Shown piece by piece: positions 10,188 to 19,029 of a stretch of 64,000 nt of DNA. Numbering within the stretch: position 1 is the stretch's first letter; each line of letters starts with the position of its first letter. The position numbers and the translations under genes are program-made. The stretch lies in the IMG/VR virus record IMGVR_UViG_3300035698_012408. One strand, 5' to 3'. This DNA comes from a virus. The notes below the pieces were generated by a model, which was given only the letters and a program-made list of their open reading frames with translations, ran no database searches and had not been told where the DNA came from.

Positions 10188-10403
10188 ATGTTAGTGCTAT
10201 CTCGCAAACGCGGAGAAAGAATCTTAATTGGTGACAACATAACAGTCACCGTGGTTGACCTCCGAGACGACAAAGTGCGTCTCGGCGTCGAAGCCCCGCG
10301 AGAGGTACCGGTTAATCGACCGGAAGTTCTCCAAAAAAAGAACGCGGCCAAAGCTGCCGCCGCGGCTACCCAGACACCGCAGGACCAGTCACAGTCGGAC
10401 TGA
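10188..10403 (+). CDS. csrA: carbon storage regulator CsrA/RsmA (RNA-binding translational regulator)
   Basis: MLVLSRKRGERILIGDNITVTVVDLRDDKVRLGVEAPREVPVNRPEV is near-canonical CsrA over its whole core. SD AGGAAGGAG lies 8 nt upstream. Confidence 0.9.
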   Translation: MLVLSRKRGERILIGDNITVTVVDLRDDKVRLGVEAPREVPVNRPEVLQKKNAAKAAAAATQTPQDQSQSD

Positions 10404-11223
10404 ATGGTGTCACCGTCCTCGCGGGCTCGCCACGCTGGCGTTTGAACAGCTCGCGAATGTCACTCTCGCTATTACCTAGCACCTCTCGAACAGACGAGAA
10501 CACGAGGAATCGCTGTGCGAGTATTGTAGGTGACGGCAACGGAACGCCGGTATTGATGTAAAACGGCGGAAGCGTTTTGTCCGTGGCTCCCCAGCTGACC
10601 ATGTAGAAGCCAAGCATGGTGCAGAGCCACGACAGATACTCACCAAAGCCCCCTGGCCACTCGTTACACCGTGTTGGTGTCAGCAGCTTACGTTGGTATA
10701 ACACGCCGACAAACTGCGGACTCAACGCCATGAACGCGTCGGCCAGTGCGGGCGGTGGGGTCTCGACATTCTGATGCGGGATCTCCCATTCATAGAACAG
10801 GTTGGTTGCGGCATGAAAGGCCTTGGCGTGACCACTGGTAGTGTCTTGCACTCCCAGCAACCCTACACCCTCCTTGCTAGTCTGATCTAGCAGATACGCA
10901 TCGAATGGTTGACCCATCACGAGACACGAATCATCCAAGAAGATGACCTGCTTGTACGAGATACCCTTATCGATCGCCCACTTGAGCCCGTGCATGCGAT
11001 GGAACCCGGAACAGGCATCCTTGTCGACGGAGGTATGAATCACTTCATGAGCGCCCTCGGCCGAAAGAGTTTTGATGGTGTTCGTCTCGTCGACGGCCAC
11101 CGTGAATGTCGAACCACCGGGGCACGACCATTGAATCGAAGAGATCAGATCATTCAGGACGTACTCGCCCCGGGCAGAACTGATCACGAATAACGTGTCA
11201 ACATCGTACATAACTGCTCCCAT
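10366..11223 (-). CDS. hypothetical protein, possible GT-A-fold nucleotide-sugar transferase
   Basis: ATG 11223 or 11211; the track start 11232 is TTG. A DxD-like FLDDS follows a beta-alpha-like N-terminus. Lies immediately downstream of hldE. Its 3' end overlaps the csrA 3' end by 38 nt (convergent). Confidence 0.35.
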   Translation of the reverse strand: MGAVMYDVDTLFVISSARGEYVLNDLISSIQWSCPGGSTFTVAVDETNTIKTLSAEGAHEVIHTSVDKDACSGFHRMHGLKWAIDKGISYKQVIFLDDSCLVMGQPFDAYLLDQTSKEGVGLLGVQDTTSGHAKAFHAATNLFYEWEIPHQNVETPPPALADAFMALSPQFVGVLYQRKLLTPTRCNEWPGGFGEYLSWLCTMLGFYMVSWGATDKTLPPFYINTGVPLPSPTILAQRFLVFSSVREVLGNSESDIRELFKRQRGEPARTVTPFSPTVTGPAVSG

Positions 11224-11232
11224 TAAAAGCAA

Positions 11233-11262
11233 ACAGTCCAGCGATGTGACTCGCTGGACTGT
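11233..11262 (-). terminator. rho-independent terminator candidate downstream of hldE
   Basis: Perfect 12-bp stem ACAGTCCAGCGA/TCGCTGGACTGT with a 6-nt loop, followed on the minus strand by TTGCTTTTAA. Confidence 0.55.
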
Positions 11263-11356
11263 TGCCGATCAGGTAATGTGCGCTCGTAAAAACGTGCCGG
11301 GCTGAGCGCGAGAACTTCCATCATTCACTGCATAATAGGCAATTATGCAATGGTTG

Positions 11357-12814
11357 TCAACTCTTCTTCGTAGAGTTCTTTGCATTATCGTCCCCGAGCC
11401 GTGACGAGCTTAAATTGAAAATAATAGGGGTCAACGACAGTTTTCCGCCGTGTGACGCCACATAATCTGCACCTGGGATAGGTTCTGCGGCCGCGTCTTG
11501 CCCCTTCACCAGAACATCTGGCTTCAACTGACGCACAAGCGATTCGACATCCCCATCGAACAAAAATACGGTGTCCACAACATCCAACAACGCCAGATGT
11601 GACAGTCGATAGCTCTCGCCAACGAGCGGTCTATTGTCGCCTTTGAGCTCCCGCAAACTGGTGTCATCATTACACGCCACCACAAGACAGTCGCCTTGCC
11701 GTACTGCTGCGCGGAGCAGTTCGATATGTCCAGCATGCAACCCGTCGAAGCAACCATTGGCTAATACGATTGACTGTCGTCGCCGACGCCGTCGCCGTAC
11801 AAAGGCCAAGGCGTCATCACGATCCATACATTTGGCAGCCCATCCGGTAGCCTCGTATCGAAATTCGTCGACGGCGTCACGATGAGCCGGCACGACACCG
11901 CGATGACGCACCACCATGCCCGCAGCGTACATAGCAAACTGCACGCAAGTATCAAACGACTTGCCTTCCAAGTACCCGACGGCCATCGCCGCCATCACAG
12001 TATCACCAGCGCCGCACACATCATAAATCTGTTGCGGACTGGACTGAAAACTGTGGATCTGGTTATCCCAGGGATTGAAATACATGCAACCGTCCGACCC
12101 CTGCGTCATGAGCACGGAGCCAAAGTTACCAGCTCGCCTCAACTCCTGCAAGATGGACTCAGGCTCCCCAGCGAACACACCAGGATGCACGACGTTGTAG
12201 CGATCCACCATATCACGCGCTTCGTTGCTGTTGGGCTTCAGCAAATCCACGTTCTCGTATTGTTCAACGCAGTCCGGGCGGCAGTCTACGAAAATCGGTA
12301 TGGCGAGTTCCTGACATCGCTGCCGAAGCGCACTCCACACCGCGTCCGTCATCACGCCTTTCGCGTAATCTGCCACACATACCAATCGTACGGCCGTGCC
12401 CTCTGCGAGCCCGTAATTGAGCCCCGCTATCACGGCTTTGTCATTGCTCAATGGCAGCGTCTCATCATCCGCACGACACAGATACTGACCACCGGCCATG
12501 ATCCGCGTCTTCACGCTCGTGCGTGTACCGTCCGGCCCTTGCGGCAAACACGACACTACACCAGCTTCGTTGAGGAGTTCCCCAACCCTTCGCCCGGCAG
12601 CGTCGTCGCCTACCACGCCAAGCAGCTTCGCATGTCCGCCGAGCGTAACTATGTTGTGGGCGACGTTACCCGCACCACCTACCGATTCCGTGAAGTCGTC
12701 TTGGGCTACGACAGGAGCCGCTGCCTCGGGCGATACACGGGTCATTTCCCCGCATACCGCCCTATCCAGCATCACGTCACCGATCACCAATACCGTAGGT
12801 TTCGGATCACTCAT
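11357..12814 (-). CDS. hldE: bifunctional D-beta-D-heptose 7-phosphate kinase / D-beta-D-heptose 1-phosphate adenylyltransferase (ADP-heptose synthesis)
   Basis: N-terminal pfkB kinase (VLVIGDVMLDR, GGAGNVA, DVCGAGDT) plus C-terminal cytidylyltransferase (NGCFDGLHAGHIELL). ATG 12814 is preferred over the GTG at 12841. Confidence 0.9.
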   Translation of the reverse strand: MSDPKPTVLVIGDVMLDRAVCGEMTRVSPEAAAPVVAQDDFTESVGGAGNVAHNIVTLGGHAKLLGVVGDDAAGRRVGELLNEAGVVSCLPQGPDGTRTSVKTRIMAGGQYLCRADDETLPLSNDKAVIAGLNYGLAEGTAVRLVCVADYAKGVMTDAVWSALRQRCQELAIPIFVDCRPDCVEQYENVDLLKPNSNEARDMVDRYNVVHPGVFAGEPESILQELRRAGNFGSVLMTQGSDGCMYFNPWDNQIHSFQSSPQQIYDVCGAGDTVMAAMAVGYLEGKSFDTCVQFAMYAAGMVVRHRGVVPAHRDAVDEFRYEATGWAAKCMDRDDALAFVRRRRRRRQSIVLANGCFDGLHAGHIELLRAAVRQGDCLVVACNDDTSLRELKGDNRPLVGESYRLSHLALLDVVDTVFLFDGDVESLVRQLKPDVLVKGQDAAAEPIPGADYVASHGGKLSLTPIIFNLSSSRLGDDNAKNSTKKS

Positions 12815-14153
12815 TTGCCTTGACTTCCACGTTGATGACACCGTCAGGTGTCGTGAAATTGTAGGTACCGATAATATTCTCGCGGGGCGGAAGCTCCGCT
12901 ACCGGATGCTCCATGTCCTCGCCACGAATGACGAACGGATCAACGTAAGGACCCTGCTCGCCATTCACCACGTCGATACGTGCCATCAGCCCTTCCGCGA
13001 CGGGCACGGAGAACGGATAGATTGCATCGCCAATCGCGACATTACCCATCGGTTGCCCTTTCACGGCAAGTGCCGACATGACCGACTGGTACTCGGCTTT
13101 ACGGATCGTGATCGATCCAACACCGATCTCCGCCAACGCTGCACCTTCCGGCGTCTCGGGCGGTGTCGGCAACGAGTCGTCGATCACCTCGAACTTCTGG
13201 ATACCGAGCCCCTGCATCTGCTCGCCGGTGTCGGTTGTGAAGTCCACATAACTCTTGCCAGCCGCATCAGGCGCGGTGATGGCGTCCACGACGCCGCGAA
13301 ACTGCCGCTCGTTTGGGCCGTCATACCGCACACGTTGCCCGGCTGCGGACGGTCGAACCGCGTTCGCCGCTTTCTTCTTCCCTCCGCCGCCGCCAGTCTT
13401 GCCCGTCCGTGGCGCTCTGGGCGCCGGCTCCTCCTTGAACGCACCAGCAAGGAATTGCTCCTTCATGGCGTCATTCACGAGGAACTCCTGCAACGTCATG
13501 GGCACGGGCGTATTCTGACTCTCCGCCTCGCGGATGATGTCAATATACAACGCCGTGTACTCGACCACCTCCTTGGCCGACCACTGGTGACAGCTTTGCT
13601 CCTCTGCCGCCTTCTTCGTGCGGGGCAGCAGTGCCTTGAGCGCGTCGTTCGGGTGCTTGAGGTTCTCGCCGTCGAAGTCCGCGATCGTCGCGTACAACGT
13701 CAAGAACGTCTCGAACGGCAGCGTGGGCGTCAGCTGACGCATCCACAGGTAGTCGACGACGAGCTTGATACGCTCACCGTCACCCTTGTACCGCTCACAG
13801 CCGCCCTGTTTCGGGAATTCCCGGAGACATTGCAGGATCGACGGCTTCTCGTCCGCGATGGCCGCGTGTTGCTCCGCCACGGTCGTCTGCTCCGCCAGCC
13901 CGGCCTGCTGCACCTGAACCGGTGGAACGGACGTAGGCTGCGGCGGCACGACAGCCGCCACGGGGCCTGTAGGCGCCGGGGTCGGCGGCGGGGCCGTCGG
14001 CATCGGTGGAACCTGCGTCGGCCCGGAACCGGCCACTGGCGACCGCGCCGGCGGCTGTGCCGGCGGTTGGGCCGGCGGCTGCGCTGGGGGCTGCTGCCCT
14101 GGTGCCGTCTGAGTCTGCGGGGGTACGCCCCAATTCGCTTGATGCTGCGTCAT
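12807..14153 (-). CDS. hypothetical protein with Pro/Gln-rich low-complexity N-terminus
   Basis: 448 aa. SD AAGGAG lies upstream of ATG 14153. Contains a PAQPPAQPPAQPPA tandem repeat and a GGGGKKK patch, with a globular-looking C-terminal half. Confidence 0.65.
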   Translation of the reverse strand: MTQHQANWGVPPQTQTAPGQQPPAQPPAQPPAQPPARSPVAGSGPTQVPPMPTAPPPTPAPTGPVAAVVPPQPTSVPPVQVQQAGLAEQTTVAEQHAAIADEKPSILQCLREFPKQGGCERYKGDGERIKLVVDYLWMRQLTPTLPFETFLTLYATIADFDGENLKHPNDALKALLPRTKKAAEEQSCHQWSAKEVVEYTALYIDIIREAESQNTPVPMTLQEFLVNDAMKEQFLAGAFKEEPAPRAPRTGKTGGGGGKKKAANAVRPSAAGQRVRYDGPNERQFRGVVDAITAPDAAGKSYVDFTTDTGEQMQGLGIQKFEVIDDSLPTPPETPEGAALAEIGVGSITIRKAEYQSVMSALAVKGQPMGNVAIGDAIYPFSVPVAEGLMARIDVVNGEQGPYVDPFVIRGEDMEHPVAELPPRENIIGTYNFTTPDGVINVEVKANE

Positions 14154-14244
14154 TCTAAATTTCTCCTTCAGTTGTCATCGTCGGAAACGATGGCCTTCCA
14201 AAATAAAGTAAGGTACAGTAAGTTTCTGAGTCCTATCAATTTTT

Positions 14245-15201
14245 CTATATCGGCTGCTCGTTCGTCTGCTTGCGACGACGTAACGCCCCGAAGTCCGCCT
14301 GTAATCGCATACGGTAGGTGCGTCTCGCGTCCAACCACTGTAGCGTGCGATCAACGTCGCCACGCAGCAACAGAACTGGATACCGGCAAACACGCGCTAC
14401 CGCCCCAAATATTGCCGCCCGCGTGGGGCACTCATGCCGGGTCACCTTGCCGTGTATAATGTCTTCGGGTGTCGGGTAATCTGCCAGCACCTTGTATAAC
14501 CGACGATGACATACCCGCCAGCCCCGCGGCACTGGTTCTACAGTCGTCAACGAAAACGCGCCATGATGCTCCACCCTGCGAAATATTGCTGCTTTCCGCC
14601 GTGATACCAAATCCTTCATATAGACGCCGATCCACTTTGCTTCACTCCATTGAGGCGAGAATGTTTCTGGAACCGTCGAAACGTACGTCGTGTGCTTCTG
14701 CTCAATCAGATGAAACGGGAAAACAGTATCGTCTATCTCATCTAACTGAATTGCCCGCAAATTGCGACCATCGCAGTGCGCGACCACCGCATCCACCTGA
14801 GCCTGTAAACCTCTCCGTGTGTTATGAAATAGTGAATCCACACCCAGCCATACCTTACGCGCAGACCGGGCCCAGCAAAACGGACACAAGTCATTAAGTC
14901 GACAAGACCGTGTGAGTGGTTTGACCGCTACAAACGTAGGCATGCAATTTCTGCAATATCCGACAGCGTGCGGGTTCGCCGTGCCATGCGGTGTCCAACC
15001 TAACGCCGCCAACGCCCCCAACCGTGCCCGCCACACAGCCACGAGCTGTTGAGTCTTCTTCCGAATCGACGCCTGCGCTCTCACCTGCGTCGACCCCTTG
15101 GCGGGGCCCACCAACGGATAAAGCACCGTGGCCCGCTGAATCGCATCAACGAGTCGCATCGGTACAAATCCGTTAATGGAGAATCTCGTATCACTTATCA
15201 T
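14245..15201 (-). CDS. hypothetical protein with CxxC...CPFC motif (possible Zn-binding DNA-acting protein)
   Basis: 318 aa with CRNCMPTF...LCPFCWARSARKVW and an internal GRNLRAIQLDEIDD copy of the recurrent motif. Confidence 0.55.
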   Translation of the reverse strand: MISDTRFSINGFVPMRLVDAIQRATVLYPLVGPAKGSTQVRAQASIRKKTQQLVAVWRARLGALAALGWTPHGTANPHAVGYCRNCMPTFVAVKPLTRSCRLNDLCPFCWARSARKVWLGVDSLFHNTRRGLQAQVDAVVAHCDGRNLRAIQLDEIDDTVFPFHLIEQKHTTYVSTVPETFSPQWSEAKWIGVYMKDLVSRRKAAIFRRVEHHGAFSLTTVEPVPRGWRVCHRRLYKVLADYPTPEDIIHGKVTRHECPTRAAIFGAVARVCRYPVLLLRGDVDRTLQWLDARRTYRMRLQADFGALRRRKQTNEQPI

Positions 15202-15210
15202 CAGAATGTC

Positions 15211-15492
15211 CTAACCTTCTGCGGCCACCTGGAGTTCGCGGATACGCTCGGCGACGGCATGGAGCTGCTGCTCCGCAGAGCAGCAACGACCCGCAAGCTC
15301 ATTCATGCCACAGTCATCGTCCTTGTCGCACAGTTCGCGGCACAGGAACAGAAACAACGTATCACCAATACCGCCCGACTCTGCGTCCGCCGCTTCGATG
15401 TCTGCAAGCGTTGTACCACCACCCACACTGATCGGAATCAGGTCCGCCCCAGGGTAGGCGTCGTAAAGCTGTTTAATTGTCAACATGCTCAT
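15211..15492 (-). CDS. hypothetical small protein
   Basis: 93 aa, with an ATGA overlap with the upstream gene at 15489..15492. Confidence 0.5.
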   Translation of the reverse strand: MSMLTIKQLYDAYPGADLIPISVGGGTTLADIEAADAESGGIGDTLFLFLCRELCDKDDDCGMNELAGRCCSAEQQLHAVAERIRELQVAAEG

Positions 15493-15863
15493 TCGCCGCG
15501 AAGCGGCCCTCCTTTATGTTCAATTGCCACGCCAAACCACGCTACCAGCGTAGAGCGCATCTGCTCTATTGTCTCGTAATCAAAACGATGCGAACTGTAA
15601 CAAACACCGTCCCCGTGAAACCGAAGACGCATATAATACAAGCCACGATCGATGTCCTTGGTAATGTCCAGCATCTCAAAACGCCGTAACTTAGCCGTCG
15701 ACATACCGAGATCAAACAACGGCATGTAGATCACGTCAAGACAATCAAAGATATTCGGCGGCTTCCAGGGATGCGGTGATGGTTCTGCTATCTCCACCGC
15801 CGACATATCCTCCCGGTCCACGGCAATAACGCGTTCACGTTGCGAGTTGGTACCTAATGCCAT
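15489..15863 (-). CDS. hypothetical protein, paralog of 15863..16258
   Basis: The N-terminal SQRERVIAVD motif followed by PxPxxxW..IF mirrors the neighbouring gene. TAATG junction at 15863. Confidence 0.6.
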   Translation of the reverse strand: MALGTNSQRERVIAVDREDMSAVEIAEPSPHPWKPPNIFDCLDVIYMPLFDLGMSTAKLRRFEMLDITKDIDRGLYYMRLRFHGDGVCYSSHRFDYETIEQMRSTLVAWFGVAIEHKGGPLRGE

Positions 15864-16258
15864 TACACACTCCTTGCATAAAGACCCCCGCGGGCATCCA
15901 GGATTCCGTTAAGTAGTATCACGAGACCGGCTTTGATTTCCTCGGCTTCTTCACGTGTTTCCACGTCATGATCCGATGACCACGTCATGCAGCCTTCGCC
16001 ACTCCGCTCGTCCCAGCAACGAAGCTGGACATAGTACGTATTCGCGTGGACACAGTGCTGGAAAACCGAAAATGTATCGAACAGTTTAAGCCGTTCGATC
16101 GAAAACCCGTGAGCGAACCCGGGCAGCTCAAAAATATGCGTATTCGCCCAATTTCTTGTTGGTGGTTCAGGATTATCCTCAACCGCTGGGGCGTCCACGT
16201 CAATCACCCGCTCCCGTTTATCGGTCTGCCGGGTCGTTTCCCGTTTCTTCTTTGCCAT
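15863..16258 (-). CDS. hypothetical protein, paralog of 15489..15863
   Basis: N-terminal basic tract followed by DKRERVIDVD. Domain order is similar to the downstream gene. Confidence 0.6.
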   Translation of the reverse strand: MAKKKRETTRQTDKRERVIDVDAPAVEDNPEPPTRNWANTHIFELPGFAHGFSIERLKLFDTFSVFQHCVHANTYYVQLRCWDERSGEGCMTWSSDHDVETREEAEEIKAGLVILLNGILDARGGLYARSV

Positions 16259-16712
16259 CGTCGCTATCCTGCCGATTCGTTTCGGCTGCTTTGGTCAGCG
16301 GAATAATATGCGTGGGGTCATCGCTATTGATGTCCGCCCACACGATAAGCCGGATCTCGCCATCCCAGACCTCCAGCATAACAGGTCGACCCTGCCCTGG
16401 GTACGCTTGCGGTTCGCCGAGACCTTCGACACCCAGGTAAATGCTTCCACTCACCTGCTCGATGATCACATCACGATGCGACGCCCGCTCCGCCTTGGGG
16501 CAGCTGCACACAGTCTTGATCGCCATCGTAACAGCTTCAGTAGCCTGCTCGCAAGCCTCCATCCCCTCCGGGACCCGTGTGTCGCTACGGGCCTCGGTGA
16601 GGATCTCTCCGATGTCCACGGCGCTGAACTGTTTGAACGCCGTATAATCGTTGGATCTCCCAGGCCGCTTAGCCAGCAGCTCCAGTAATTTCTTCCCAGT
16701 TGACACTGTCAT
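16218..16712 (-). CDS. hypothetical protein
   Basis: 164 aa with an ATGA overlap at 16709..16712. Its 3' end overlaps the next gene by 41 nt. Confidence 0.55.
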   Translation of the reverse strand: MTVSTGKKLLELLAKRPGRSNDYTAFKQFSAVDIGEILTEARSDTRVPEGMEACEQATEAVTMAIKTVCSCPKAERASHRDVIIEQVSGSIYLGVEGLGEPQAYPGQGRPVMLEVWDGEIRLIVWADINSDDPTHIIPLTKAAETNRQDSDDGKEETGNDPADR

Positions 16713-17215
16713 GCCTCCTGTTTATCAAGGTTAATCGACCGTAAGGGCCCCCGCTCGACTTCGGCACTTTCCATGTTGGTCAGTGCCTCCGTCAGTTCGT
16801 GTAACTCTTTCCGAAGCTCGTACTCGGACGGTGGGTCTTCCGCCAGGATGTCACGAAACGCTAGACGCTTCGCGTCATCGATATTGGCCCTGCCGAGTAT
16901 AACCCGGCAGGCAAGTATGCGCCAGTTCAACTGCTGACGCTGCGCGATGTCAACGTGTCGCTCCATCACTTCATACTCATCCTCCATGACCTCGATCTGT
17001 GTCAGGCCACCCTTAACAAGGTGCAGCCCTGCACTGTAATGAGCTGACTGCTGCAACACCTGCTCGCGTACGGCAGGTGGTGCAGACGTCGCCAGTCTCG
17101 CTGTCGCTTCCATCTCATAATCAAAGAGTTCAACAGCCTTTTTCAGGCCCGCTTTGATAATCGACGTGTGCTCCACTAGAGCTGAAGCTCTTGGATAGCC
17201 TTCAGCGTGTTCCAC
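16709..17215 (-). CDS. hypothetical protein
   Basis: The track start 17215 is GTG. An alternative GTG at 17176 abuts the upstream stop. C-terminus RGPLRSINLDKQEA carries the recurrent motif. Confidence 0.55.
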   Translation of the reverse strand: MEHAEGYPRASALVEHTSIIKAGLKKAVELFDYEMEATARLATSAPPAVREQVLQQSAHYSAGLHLVKGGLTQIEVMEDEYEVMERHVDIAQRQQLNWRILACRVILGRANIDDAKRLAFRDILAEDPPSEYELRKELHELTEALTNMESAEVERGPLRSINLDKQEA

Positions 17216-17886
17216 GGCATCAGCTTCTCGGGCTTGGTCTTACCGTTAGCCGGAATGAACGCAACACCGGCGCCCGCCACCCGGAGCGTGCCAATCATGC
17301 GACCGTCCTGTGTGAGCTTGAGCTCCGCACCGCCTTCGGGCAGTTCGATGCCGAGATGCACCTTAGGCAGCGCATCATTGTCCCGCAGAAGCCTGCGAAC
17401 AGACGCCTTGAGCGATCGCGGATTTTCCGGCCTTACCGCAGGTACCGAGAACTTCTTCTCTTTCTGATCCCGCAGCACCTTCTGCACGTAGGTCACCGTG
17501 CATTGTGCCTCCAGCGAAAGCTGCGTCGGCGTCTTGTCAGGGTAACGCTCGGTGGTCCACAGGATCAGACGCTTCTTGCCGCCGTTTCGTCCATTCACGG
17601 GCGGGGACACGGGCGGGGTGGTGATCGTCGTCTTCCGCACCAACGGCTTGCGAGGTCTCAACGCACGCAGTATCTTGTTGACGTACGAGCGGTCGCAGCC
17701 AACCTTGAACGCGATGTCGTCCTGATCGAGGTCTGGAAACTTCGTCGCCAGTCGCTCGATCGCTTCACGCTTGCAGCCGCGGGGCTTGCCCGACAAGCTG
17801 ACCTTCTTCGCCACTTTGCGTTTCGGCACCTTCTTTTTCTTCCTCGGAAGTGCGGTCTTACTACTTCTCGTCTTTACTCTTGCCAT
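17176..17886 (-). CDS. putative DNA-binding protein with Lys-rich N-terminus and internally duplicated HTH-like segment
   Basis: KKKKVPKRKVAKK tail. Two similar segments: KREAIERLATKFPDLDQDDIAFKVGCDRSYVNKILR and KRLILWTTERYPDKTPTQLSLEAQCTVTYVQKVLR. Confidence 0.5.
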   Translation of the reverse strand: MARVKTRSSKTALPRKKKKVPKRKVAKKVSLSGKPRGCKREAIERLATKFPDLDQDDIAFKVGCDRSYVNKILRALRPRKPLVRKTTITTPPVSPPVNGRNGGKKRLILWTTERYPDKTPTQLSLEAQCTVTYVQKVLRDQKEKKFSVPAVRPENPRSLKASVRRLLRDNDALPKVHLGIELPEGGAELKLTQDGRMIGTLRVAGAGVAFIPANGKTKPEKLMPWNTLKAIQELQL

Positions 17887-17923
17887 GTCAAAATCCTCAC
17901 ATAAACTTGTTTTGATTCTACGC

Positions 17924-18445
17924 TTAGGTAAGCCGCTCGAACATCTCGGTGAACGCCTTACGGCGGACAGCGGTAGCCGCAGTCACGCGACCTTGCTCTT
18001 GTAAGCCGGCCCAGAAGACGCGATAAGTAACCGCGTCTCTGTCGGGGTGTTCGCCCATTTGAGCTATGACGGCGTAACGACTACGCCGGTCAGCCTCTTC
18101 AGCGTCAAGGTGTGTATCATGGTAAGCACAACCAAACGGTGAAACCGGGTGGATCGTGCAATGCGCGTCAGCGTCAAGAAAGACACAACTGCCGTCTTCT
18201 CGCTGAGCTGGTACAAGCGTAGGTACAGAAAACTGCACAATACCCTGGGGCGTGCGTTCCGCCACAATGGCACCCGACGACGCAAGGAAATGACTGACGA
18301 GCCACTCCCACGGGTCTGCCGGTTTAACGTATTCAAGTATGCGTTCGACGTCACCCGGGATCAAACACCCCGGCATCGTCTTGCATCCAACAGTGCAATG
18401 TTTACAATCGCACGTTGTTCGAGCGAATGGTGGGAGTTCGCTCAT
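17924..18445 (-). CDS. Cys-rich putative metal-binding protein
   Basis: CDCKHCTVGCKTMPGC near the N-terminus plus further conserved-looking Cys and His residues. ATGA overlap at 18442..18445. Confidence 0.55.
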   Translation of the reverse strand: MSELPPFARTTCDCKHCTVGCKTMPGCLIPGDVERILEYVKPADPWEWLVSHFLASSGAIVAERTPQGIVQFSVPTLVPAQREDGSCVFLDADAHCTIHPVSPFGCAYHDTHLDAEEADRRSRYAVIAQMGEHPDRDAVTYRVFWAGLQEQGRVTAATAVRRKAFTEMFERLT

Positions 18446-18969
18446 CTCTCTTCCTTTTTAACCACGACGTTGACCTTGAAGTCTTCGCCCTTCATAACCT
18501 GGATTGACTTCTTCACTGCCGCCGCCATTGCTGGCAAAGGCACTACGACGGTGTCGCCGGACTTCACGAGCTTCGTGATCTCGGCCGTGCGACCTGCCCA
18601 CCCCGTCAGCGGAATGACATATTGCCTCGCCGTCCCGTCCTCGGTATCCGCCCCTAGTGACATATCACCACCAATAGCCTCCGCCGTCAGCGAGTATAAC
18701 TTCACACGGCGTTTGGCTTCTGCGTGCCACACGCGCGGCGGGTCAAAGTACATAACCGCGTCACTAATCGTGCTGAGAAATCCAACTTCGTCACCGTCGT
18801 GGTTGAAGAAATGGATGATCTCCGTAAACTCTACTGGGATGATTTCCCTGGTCCACCAGTCTCGCTGGCAGCCGTTGTCGCGAAACACCATGTGCCCGGC
18901 GGTGGCAGCCCCTTGGCTTATCAGCGCACGAATATGGGCAATCGGAAACGCCTTGAGAACATCAAGCAT
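18442..18969 (-). CDS. hypothetical protein
   Basis: ATG 18969 has SD GGGAGG 8 nt upstream and is preferred. The GTG at 19023 would translate through a strong hairpin. Confidence 0.55.
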   Translation of the reverse strand: MLDVLKAFPIAHIRALISQGAATAGHMVFRDNGCQRDWWTREIIPVEFTEIIHFFNHDGDEVGFLSTISDAVMYFDPPRVWHAEAKRRVKLYSLTAEAIGGDMSLGADTEDGTARQYVIPLTGWAGRTAEITKLVKSGDTVVVPLPAMAAAVKKSIQVMKGEDFKVNVVVKKEER

Positions 18970-18991
18970 GGAGTTGCCTCCCTGACTACAC

Positions 18992-19017
18992 AGCAAGCCG
19001 GAGTTATCCGGCTTGCT
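18992..19017 (-). terminator. perfect 11-bp stem-loop between nrdJ and the next gene (attenuator or terminator candidate, no clear U-tract)
   Basis: AGCAAGCCGGA-GTTA-TCCGGCTTGCT. Confidence 0.35.
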
Positions 19018-19029
19018 GCTCACTGCTAT

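Noticed and set aside
9833-10351. Full-length 172-aa version of the minus-strand ORF opposite csrA
   Set aside because: Its N-terminal 65 residues are Arg/Ser/Thr-rich and antisense to the well-supported csrA. Only the part from ATG 10156 is kept, and only at low confidence.
12498-14459. 653-aa plus-strand ORF, the third longest in the track
   Set aside because: It runs antisense to hldE and to 12807..14153. Its composition is dominated by R/L/H/G, typical of a shadow frame in GC-rich DNA. It has no RBS and no motifs.
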